A DNA stretch of 64,000 nucleotides from contig VMGE01000002.1 in assembly GCA_007376395.1 (NCBI GenBank), positions 77,118 to 141,117 on the forward strand, in the 5' to 3' direction. This stretch comes from Microgenomates group bacterium Gr01-1014_5. GTDB taxonomy: Bacteria; Patescibacteriota; Microgenomatia; UBA8517; UBA10165. A program made the position numbers and the translations under genes. Below, one piece after another: positions 57,245 to 64,000 of the stretch. The notes under the pieces were generated by a model. It ran no database searches, had not been told where the DNA came from, and was given only the letters and a program-made list of their open reading frames with translations. Each line of letters opens with the position of its first letter. The stretch's first letter is position 1.

Positions 57245-57829
57245 GTGCCCAACATGGCTGCCTTTAAACAAGATGCGCCGGTAATCCGGCTTAAAAAAAT
57301 TAACCTTTTAATCCAGGAAGGTTTTGAGCATTCCCCAACAGGGAAAGTGCTTGCCTGGTTGCTCTCTGCCGGGCGTGCAATTGTTATTATTACGGAACTT
57401 ATCGTCATTACCGCTTTCCTTTCCCGTTTTTGGCTAGACCGCCAGCTCACAGATTTGATTGAGGGTAATAGCTCCAAAAAAACGCAGGTCGAAGCCTCGA
57501 CCAATTTCGAAGCGGACTTTCAAAACACACAAACAAGACTCGCGGCGGTAAAATTAATAGATAACACAAAAATCTTACCCCGCGAATACATAAAAGAAGT
57601 AACCCGGCTCCTCCCGGCAGAAGTAGTGCTTTCAGACATTTCTTACAACGAAAACAAGGTATCGGTTACCGGCTTAAGCTTAAACGAGGCAGGTTTGGCT
57701 GGTTTTATGAAATCGTTAGAAGAGTCTAACAAATTTTCAAGCGTTAGTTTGGTCAATATTGCTTTAGAAAGGGGTACGACAAATCTCATCAATTTCTCTT
57801 TAATAATGGAGGTGGAGAAGAAAAATTAA
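57245..57829 (+). CDS. pilN: type IV pilus assembly protein PilN-like
   Basis: INLLIQE N-terminal motif, single TM, periplasmic-type C-domain; followed by a pilO-like gene. Confidence 0.55.
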   Translation: MPNMAAFKQDAPVIRLKKINLLIQEGFEHSPTGKVLAWLLSAGRAIVIITELIVITAFLSRFWLDRQLTDLIEGNSSKKTQVEASTNFEADFQNTQTRLAAVKLIDNTKILPREYIKEVTRLLPAEVVLSDISYNENKVSVTGLSLNEAGLAGFMKSLEESNKFSSVSLVNIALERGTTNLINFSLIMEVEKKN

Positions 57830-57830
57830 T

Positions 57831-58493
57831 ATGTCACGACTTTCTTACCGGGAACAATACGCGAAATATTCGAGGTACTTCCAAAATCTGCGTCAGGTAT
57901 ATGAACAGAAAGCAGAGGTTAAAGAGAGTATTGAACTGCTCCTTACATTTTTGACTATTTCTTTCTTTATCGTCTTCGCGCTCAGACCCACCATCAACAC
58001 AATCACAGAGTTGATTTCCAGCATTAACTCACAAAAAGAAATTCAAAACAAACTGGAAACTAAACTGTCAGATCTTTCCCGCGCAAGACAGGGTTACACC
58101 CAACAGGAAAAACGGCTCTTTTTAGTTGACCAGGCTCTGCCTCGTGATCCTGCACCAGATTTTTTCTTGCGCCAACTTGAAGGATTAGCCGCCACACACA
58201 ACCTTAACCTTAAATCTTTTTCGGTCGGCGAATCCTTGCTTTACGGACAGGCTCCCAAAGAGATTAAAGAACCACGCAATAAACCTTTAGTTGCCGGAAC
58301 CAAACAAACAGTAATTGCTTTTATTATCAATGGCAGTTTTGAAAACGCGATGGAATTTTTGCAAGACCTTGAAAACTTACGCCAAATATTTACTGTCGAA
58401 ACGTTTTCGTTTGGCTCAGGCAAGGCTGGTAGCGGCAACAGTACTATTTTGACTATATCCGGAGCAATAACTAATTATCCTTTAACTAAATGA
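57831..58493 (+). CDS. pilO: type IV pilus assembly protein PilO-like
   Basis: Short cytoplasmic segment, TM, coiled-coil, then alpha/beta domain; 2-bp spacing from pilN. Confidence 0.5.
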   Translation: MSRLSYREQYAKYSRYFQNLRQVYEQKAEVKESIELLLTFLTISFFIVFALRPTINTITELISSINSQKEIQNKLETKLSDLSRARQGYTQQEKRLFLVDQALPRDPAPDFFLRQLEGLAATHNLNLKSFSVGESLLYGQAPKEIKEPRNKPLVAGTKQTVIAFIINGSFENAMEFLQDLENLRQIFTVETFSFGSGKAGSGNSTILTISGAITNYPLTK

Positions 58494-58834
58494 AACCTAA
58501 ACAAAAAGGATCCAGCTTTACGGTTTTTGCGATTTTGACAACACTCACCCTTTTAACTTGGGCAGCTTTTGGCGCCTATGAAAGATTGAGAAAAATCGAT
58601 CTTTCTGTCATCCCGGAGAAAATGCTCACGCCGGTAAACCCTAACCTTGATACGGCAACACTAGATCTTTTAGAAAAGAAAAAGCTCGTAAACGAAGAGC
58701 AAATTTCAAGCTTTGTCCCAACCGCTCAAGGCTCGGGTCGAACGCAAGCCGCAGGTTCCGAAAGTGCACAACAACCTAGTGGTGAAGCCAGCCCCGATCA
58801 AATCGGGGCCAGCCCGTCTGCCCAAACGCAATAA
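58490..58834 (+). CDS. small membrane-anchored protein with disordered C-terminus
   Basis: N-terminal TM, Q/S/A-rich tail; 4-bp overlap with pilO. Confidence 0.35.
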   Translation: MKPKQKGSSFTVFAILTTLTLLTWAAFGAYERLRKIDLSVIPEKMLTPVNPNLDTATLDLLEKKKLVNEEQISSFVPTAQGSGRTQAAGSESAQQPSGEASPDQIGASPSAQTQ

Positions 58835-58843
58835 TATAAAGTC

Positions 58844-59974
58844 ATGTATAAAACTGCAAAAATACCGACCATCCTCGGGATTGTTCTCCTGCTTGCCGGA
58901 GTTAGTATTGGCGTGTTTTTGGTTCAAAGAGAAAATATTTTTAATTTATCCGCCGCTCCCTCAGAAGCTCCCAAAGAAGTACGCATTACCAATATTACAG
59001 ACCGTGGATTTAGTGTTTCCTGGCTTACCGATAAACCCACAAACGGATTTATCTCTTACGGTAAAAACAAATCAGCAGGAACGGTTATTAACCAGGATAG
59101 CGTCCAGGGGCAGAGCTCGTATATTCATCACGTCACGGCAGACAACCTAGAAGCCAATACTACTTACTCGCTTAAAATTGGTTTTGGTAAAGCCGGAATA
59201 GACAAAAGTAAACTCTATTCGGTGAAATCTGGGCCTGCTCTAAAAAATTCACTTACTACGGATATTATTTTTGGCACCGTTGTTGACGCTCAAAACAAGC
59301 CAGTTGCAGGCAGTGTTGTCTATCTTACGGCTCCTGGCGTTACTCCACTTTCTACGGTAACAGATAAACAAGGTAAATGGACATATGTTTTTTCGACAGC
59401 ACGCCGGACAGACCTTTCGGCTTACGCAACTTATGATAAAAACGAGACTTTGCTCGAAGTTTTTGTACAGGCAGGAAACGAGAAGTTCTCGAGTGCAAAG
59501 ATAAAAACAGGAGCCGCACGTCCTGTACCGGTGCTGACCCTTGGAAAAATTCACGATTTTACCAACCTTAAGCCGATATCTGACGGAAAGACACCTGCTT
59601 CTGAACTAGATTTAACACGTGTAGAACCAGCCGCTTCTTCCTCTCCCTCCCCCAGTCCCAAGTCTGGTTTTTCTCAACCTTTAGCCCAGGGAAATCGCTC
59701 TCCTTCGCCCTCGCCCAAGGGAAGTCCCAAGCCCTCACCTAGTCCCTCTCCAAAAGCCGTGGGTGGACTAGCAAGCGCTTCGCCTTCCCCAAAGGCTTCA
59801 CCTATGGCCTCGCCATCACCAAGCCCAAAACCAGCAGCTGCCACAGGGTCAGCAGAGACACTTGCAGTAACAGGAACCTTACCATCAGCGGGTAATTTGA
59901 CAGCTACAATGTTCATCTTCATAATGGGAATGGTTCTAGTTATTATTGGGCTGTTTGTACCTCAGACAGCTTAA
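58844..59974 (+). CDS. surface protein: signal anchor - FN3-like domain - CarboxypepD_reg-like domain - Ser/Pro linker - C-terminal LAVTG...TLPSAG + TM tail
   Basis: ITNITDRGFSVSWLT (FN3-like), TVVDAQNKPVAGSVVYL (carboxypeptidase-regulatory-like beta-sandwich), SPSPSPK repeats, C-terminal LAVTG-TLPSAG followed by a 20-aa hydrophobic stretch. Confidence 0.6.
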   Translation: MYKTAKIPTILGIVLLLAGVSIGVFLVQRENIFNLSAAPSEAPKEVRITNITDRGFSVSWLTDKPTNGFISYGKNKSAGTVINQDSVQGQSSYIHHVTADNLEANTTYSLKIGFGKAGIDKSKLYSVKSGPALKNSLTTDIIFGTVVDAQNKPVAGSVVYLTAPGVTPLSTVTDKQGKWTYVFSTARRTDLSAYATYDKNETLLEVFVQAGNEKFSSAKIKTGAARPVPVLTLGKIHDFTNLKPISDGKTPASELDLTRVEPAASSSPSPSPKSGFSQPLAQGNRSPSPSPKGSPKPSPSPSPKAVGGLASASPSPKASPMASPSPSPKPAAATGSAETLAVTGTLPSAGNLTATMFIFIMGMVLVIIGLFVPQTA

Positions 59975-59981
59975 CTGCCAT

Positions 59982-61655
59982 ATGAACGACAAACAAAACC
60001 CTGCCAATTCTCAAATTCCTAGTTCACCTGTTAACGATTCCCATCAAGATATTCCCCCACCGCCAGTACCGACTTCACCTCCTGGGATTTCATACAACGC
60101 TGACATCGAAGCACCAGTAAAAGAGGAACAAGCACATCTTAACCCCGCTTCTGTTTCTGTCCCTGAATCAATTTCTCCGCTACCCGTAGGATCTTCAAAC
60201 AAAACAAAGCTTTATGGCGCCATAGCTGCCATAATTTTATTAGTCGTTGCCATTCCTGCCGGAATTTTTCTTATCGGCCGCAACCAGGATGTCCGGGAAA
60301 AAGCAGCAGGTGGTGATCCTCTACACTGCGGAGCCTCTGACTCAACCCAAAGAAACCAAGGTCTAGTTGTTGGAAACTGTACCGGCTGGAGAGAAACTAA
60401 CAATTCCTGTGCTGCAGATTTAGAAAATCCATATTATTACGATAGTTGCACTCCAGCAACCCACCCAGACGGATGTGCAAGAGTAAGCGACACTGTCCAA
60501 TGTATGGATGAAACACAAAAACAAGAGGCAAGAAACATTGGTTTTAATGCTGTTTGCTACGCTGGAGCAAATCCCGCAGAAAGCATTCTAATATCAGTTA
60601 ACAGATGCGGTGCGCCGTATGTTCCGCCAACTACCACAACCCACCCTGACGGATGCGCAAGACCGGATGATACAGTGCAATGTTTAAGCAGTAATCAACA
60701 AAAAGAGATGAGGAATCGAGGCTTTAATGCCGCCTGTTATACAACAACAGGTAATCCGGCAGAAAGCGTTAAAATTTCAGAAAATAGGTGTCCGCTTTAT
60801 AAACACCTAGATGGCTGTGCAGGATACGGGGATACAGTCCAATGTATGGATGAAACACAAAAACAAGAGGCAAGAAACATTGGTTTTAATGCTGTGTGTT
60901 ATACACCTGAGAACAAGCCGGCAGAAAGCATTCTTGTTCAAAATAATCGTTGTGGAGCTCCGTATAACCCACCAGGAACAAACATTATTAGTGTTAGCAA
61001 TATCTCTCCGAATCCTGTTGTTTATGGTCAACCAGTCAAATTTAAAGCGACTTTCTCCGGTCCACAAGCAGCAAAAGTCCATGTTAGAATCTGGCCAAAC
61101 GATGCTGCTGGAGTAATTGCCATGGACGGAGGAAAAATTACCACAAGTGGTCAAGAGATTTCTTTTAATACGGGAAGTTTTCCTGCTGGAACTACAACTG
61201 CAAAAGTTAGATTTCAATTACAAAATTCAAGTAACGTAGATCTAATCCCTAATGTTGCCCAAGATGAAACTTTAACCGTAACCGGTTCTGGAGCCGGGGC
61301 AGGGTCAAACGCAACTCTTTGCAGCACAATTGAACTCATCAAGGCTAATTCTATTGTCTTTGAATCAAGTCCTGGAAATAACCAACCTGTAATTAATCCT
61401 GGAGAAAGTTTTCAAGTGAGAGTTATGTGTACTTTGACTGACCCAGCAGACAACTTTGATAAAATTCAGGTCAAGATAACTACGCCAAGCGGCGCTTCTA
61501 CTCAAGAAAAAGTTGCTTCTAGATTTCAAGAAAGAGATCGCGGCGCTTCACGCGCATTCTTTGCAATATTTGATCTTACAACAGGCTCTTCTGGAAATTA
61601 TAATATAAAAGCATGGGGACATACTCCGATTAAAGGTTGGAAAGGAAAGGAATAA
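59982..61655 (+). CDS. N-anchored secreted protein with three tandem ~57-aa four-Cys repeats and C-terminal beta-rich domains
   Basis: Pro-rich cytoplasmic N-terminus, TM helix, then 3x [HPDGCA...DTVQC...GFNA(V/A)CY...NRCGAPY]. A 59-bp exact DNA repeat links repeats 1 and 3. Confidence 0.6.
   Translation: MNDKQNPANSQIPSSPVNDSHQDIPPPPVPTSPPGISYNADIEAPVKEEQAHLNPASVSVPESISPLPVGSSNKTKLYGAIAAIILLVVAIPAGIFLIGRNQDVREKAAGGDPLHCGASDSTQRNQGLVVGNCTGWRETNNSCAADLENPYYYDSCTPATHPDGCARVSDTVQCMDETQKQEARNIGFNAVCYAGANPAESILISVNRCGAPYVPPTTTTHPDGCARPDDTVQCLSSNQQKEMRNRGFNAACYTTTGNPAESVKISENRCPLYKHLDGCAGYGDTVQCMDETQKQEARNIGFNAVCYTPENKPAESILVQNNRCGAPYNPPGTNIISVSNISPNPVVYGQPVKFKATFSGPQAAKVHVRIWPNDAAGVIAMDGGKITTSGQEISFNTGSFPAGTTTAKVRFQLQNSSNVDLIPNVAQDETLTVTGSGAGAGSNATLCSTIELIKANSIVFESSPGNNQPVINPGESFQVRVMCTLTDPADNFDKIQVKITTPSGASTQEKVASRFQERDRGASRAFFAIFDLTTGSSGNYNIKAWGHTPIKGWKGKE
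60495..60553 (+). repeat. 59-bp exact intragenic direct repeat, copy 1
   Basis: Identical to 60837-60895; encodes VQCMDETQKQEARNIGFNAV. Confidence 0.9.
60837..60895 (+). repeat. 59-bp exact intragenic direct repeat, copy 2
   Basis: Identical to 60495-60553, 342 bp (2 x 171) away. Confidence 0.9.
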
Positions 61656-61659
61656 TTCT

Positions 61660-62277
61660 ATGAACAAAAAAGTAATTATCGCAATTGGTGGAAGTCTTTC
61701 TATTTTGGTTCTTGCTGGTATTGCAATTTTTACAGCACTGAAGCTTCAAGAGACAGGAACTGAACCAGTTGCACCAAATGCACCAAAATCTCAACCAAAG
61801 GCGCAAACTGAAACTCTTCCAGGCAATCCTGTCGAGCTTACATTCACCGTAAGCGGTAGTGTTACGTCACCCTCACCAAGCCCATCAGCGTCACCCAGCC
61901 CGTCACCATCTGTTTCTCCTTCACCATCAGCGTCACCGTCGCCGTCTCCTTCACCTAGTCCTTCACCTTCTTCCGCGCCAGTTGGTGGAGCGCCAAACAG
62001 TTGTAATGGAACTTGCGGATCAAATGCAAACTGCGCAAGCGGACTTGTTTGTTCTGGTGGATTTTGCCGCAACGCTTCGTGTACCACCGAAACAGACTGT
62101 ACATGCCCGGCAGGCGCCGCCGCATCGAGCACACCTAAAGCAGTAGCTCAGGCAAAAGCCTCACCAACACCCACCCCAGAAGCAACCCTGCCAGAGGCAG
62201 GAATTAATCTTCCTTCTGGAATTGCCATCATGGGCGGCTTAATCCTCCTCTTCCTCGGCCTCGCCCTTGCTCTTTAA
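61660..62277 (+). CDS. small surface protein: signal anchor - Ser/Pro linker - Cys-rich knot - LPEAG...LPSG + hydrophobic C-tail
   Basis: SPSPSASPSPSPS linker, 10 Cys in ~45 aa (CNGTCGSNANCASGLVCSGGFCRNASCTTETDCTC), C-terminal TLPEAGINLPSGIAIMGGLILLFLGLALAL. Confidence 0.55.
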   Translation: MNKKVIIAIGGSLSILVLAGIAIFTALKLQETGTEPVAPNAPKSQPKAQTETLPGNPVELTFTVSGSVTSPSPSPSASPSPSPSVSPSPSASPSPSPSPSPSPSSAPVGGAPNSCNGTCGSNANCASGLVCSGGFCRNASCTTETDCTCPAGAAASSTPKAVAQAKASPTPTPEATLPEAGINLPSGIAIMGGLILLFLGLALAL

Positions 62278-63585
62278 TCATCTCCAGGTAGGGAGCCAGT
62301 AGTATTGTAAATCCCACCAACCAGAGACTGTTATTCCTGTCCAATGGGGGTAGAAATAGAGAAAGGCAAAAGCAATAAGTAACAAGTGACAAGTGACAAG
62401 TAATTTTTGTTTAGTCCAAAATCCATCAAAAAACCAGGCAAGAATAAGGGCTAAAAATGGCACTGCTGGAACGTAATGATAAATAAACATTATTCTCGGA
62501 GATAAAAACCAAGGGGTAAAAATAACTAAGTATGTTGCGAGAACTGCAAAAAGAAAAAAGTGGTGTTTGGAGCGAACTTGAGATAGTTTAGATTTGAATA
62601 AATACCAAAGAGCGTAAGCTACACCAAGCAATCCTCCCCAAAAGACAAACGGGTTACCCATTAAATAAATGTTTTGCACCTCCTTGCCGTCATTCACTCC
62701 CTGAGAGTAGGCATAGAGAGGCCTTAATGACAAAGCCCATTCGTGAGGACGTGAAGAATAGGGGTGTTCTGCTTTCAAGTTCGTTTGATACCACCAAATT
62801 TGCTGGTGCAGCTCGCCAAACTGCTCCAGGGTATGACCTTGAAGCCAAAACTGTCCATAGGAGGCAACATAAACCATAGACGGAAGAACGAAGAAACAAA
62901 AAAATGCAAATACCAGCTTCTGCAGGAATACTCTAATTTCCCTTATTCCCCTTACTTCCTTTACCAGCCATAAAAACCCTATTACCCCTATCGCAAAAAC
63001 ACCCGGCCATTTAGTAGCTATGGCCAACCCTAAAACAAGACCAACCAACCATAGGGGTTTCTTAATTAAGAATAAATAGAGGGAAAGAACCACCCAAAAG
63101 GCTAAATAGGTATCGTTCATCGTAATACGCGAAGAAGTAAAAGCTAATCCGTCAAGCGCATAGATAAAGGCGGCCAGAAGACCCAAGCGGGAAGAATTAA
63201 ATATCTTTACCCCGAAGAGGTAGAGTAAAATTATAATGCCCATACCAAACAACACTCCCGGATAACGCCAGGCAAATGGTTGATCTCCGAGTATTTTTAT
63301 CGACCCTGCTTGGATCAGTTTGGCCAAGGGTGGGTGCAACCATTCATAGGCGGCACATTTGGGAGCAGTACAATATGGAATCTCTGACGGGGAGTCGTGC
63401 CACCATTCGTAACCCGCAGGATCATTCCTGGCATAGGCCTCCGCTGTATAGGCGTGGTACACCTCGTCAAAATAAAATGAGTTTGGGTGTTCAAGATTCC
63501 AAACCCGCGCAATAAAAGAAAAAAGTAAAAGTAAAACGAGCAGCGCCTTGTGATTTCCGAGCCATTTCAATTGTAGTAGCGACAT
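62278..63585 (-). CDS. GT39/PMT-family (ArnT-like) membrane glycosyltransferase
   Basis: FDEVYHA DE-loop motif of protein O-mannosyltransferase / ArnT-like GT-C enzymes; ~11 TM helices. Confidence 0.7.
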   Translation of the reverse strand: MSLLQLKWLGNHKALLVLLLLFSFIARVWNLEHPNSFYFDEVYHAYTAEAYARNDPAGYEWWHDSPSEIPYCTAPKCAAYEWLHPPLAKLIQAGSIKILGDQPFAWRYPGVLFGMGIIILLYLFGVKIFNSSRLGLLAAFIYALDGLAFTSSRITMNDTYLAFWVVLSLYLFLIKKPLWLVGLVLGLAIATKWPGVFAIGVIGFLWLVKEVRGIREIRVFLQKLVFAFFCFFVLPSMVYVASYGQFWLQGHTLEQFGELHQQIWWYQTNLKAEHPYSSRPHEWALSLRPLYAYSQGVNDGKEVQNIYLMGNPFVFWGGLLGVAYALWYLFKSKLSQVRSKHHFFLFAVLATYLVIFTPWFLSPRIMFIYHYVPAVPFLALILAWFFDGFWTKQKLLVTCHLLLIAFAFLYFYPHWTGITVSGWWDLQYYWLPTWR

Positions 63586-63601
63586 CTGTTAAAATTTTTA
63601 C

Positions 63602-64000
63602 ATGTTTAAACTCTTAAAAGAAAGGGGTGCTTTTTTATTTTTTGGTATCACCCTGCTTTTTTGGCTAATTGTCTTCTTATCTTTCTGGCCAAACATGCTG
63701 AAATATGAACCCGACGGACTTTATGCCGGCTGGATTGGTATTTGGGGAGACTGGTCAGCCCACATGTCTTATGCAACTTCTTTGTCTATCCAAGATAAAT
63801 TCCCGCCAAGTTTCCCCATTCTAGCAGGGCACGTGTTTTCTTATCCGTTCGGGACAGATTACATCTCAGCACTCTTATTAAAATTCGGAGCCCCTTTAAG
63901 AGAGGCCATGCTTTTACCTAGCTTTTTACTTTCTCTGCTTCTTGTCGTCAGCCTTCTCTTGTTCTTCAAAACTATTACCCAAAACGCAAAGACTTCGGCC
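63602..64000 (+). CDS. polytopic membrane protein, 5' part only (runs off window end)
   Basis: Open frame from ATG 63602 to the window end with several TM helices; not in the ORF track because no stop is reached. Confidence 0.4.
   Translation, partial: MFKLLKERGAFLFFGITLLFWLIVFLSFWPNMLKYEPDGLYAGWIGIWGDWSAHMSYATSLSIQDKFPPSFPILAGHVFSYPFGTDYISALLLKFGAPLREAMLLPSFLLSLLLVVSLLLFFKTITQNAKTSA

Noticed and set aside
59640-61980. Short periodic DNA repeats (tcaccatcagcgtcaccgtcgccgtctcct and similar) that could be mistaken for a CRISPR or tandem-repeat locus
   Set aside because: They are in-frame codon repeats encoding Ser-Pro linkers (SPSPSP) inside surface-protein genes; there are no regular spacer/repeat units and no cas genes.
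1-64000. tRNA, rRNA, tmRNA or CRISPR arrays anywhere in the window
   Set aside because: Intergenic spacers are mostly under 150 bp and none contains a T-loop-like GTTCGA/TCC pattern or regularly spaced repeats; none called.

Overview
This 64 kb window is a compact, mostly minus-strand region of core information-processing and envelope genes. The order is pyrD-pyrC, an ABC-F ATPase, fusA, a two-gene insertion (TrpR/YerC-like regulator plus an RDD–signal-peptidase fusion), rpsG-rpsL-rpoC-rpoB, a ~5 kb accessory stretch (MFS transporter, ParB-like pair, SAM methyltransferase, several hypotheticals) punctuated by short direct repeats, mltG, a zinc-ribbon ORF, ruvX, a sortase, an actin-like membrane protein, a short alaS, an ABC exporter, higBA, a RodZ-like gene, ftsK, RNase J, family-4 UDG, a Lon AAA+ module with no protease domain, pnp, rpsO, a DHH-like gene, a short infB, nusA, divergent polyprenyl synthase / uppS, and a heat-shock operon hrcA-grpE-dnaK-[Cys-rich ORF]-dnaJ with a CIRCE element. 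The right end carries two GT-C-like membrane glycosyltransferases, murJ, rpsT, a pilN/pilO-like pair followed by three surface proteins with Ser-Pro linkers and LAxTG / LPxAG-like C-terminal signals, and a GT39 mannosyltransferase. Truncated AlaS and IF-2, an S12 insertion, an RG-tailed PNPase and frequent leaderless promoters suggest (by inference only) a reduced-genome, CPR/Patescibacteria-like monoderm bacterium. I found no rRNA, tRNA or CRISPR array. The most unusual items are the apparent Ser-to-Ala substitution in the signal-peptidase fusion, the repeat-flanked accessory blocks upstream of rpoB, the Cys-rich gene inserted between dnaK and a zinc-finger-less dnaJ, the protease-less Lon, and the pilNO-linked surface-protein cluster that may be matched to the sortase.
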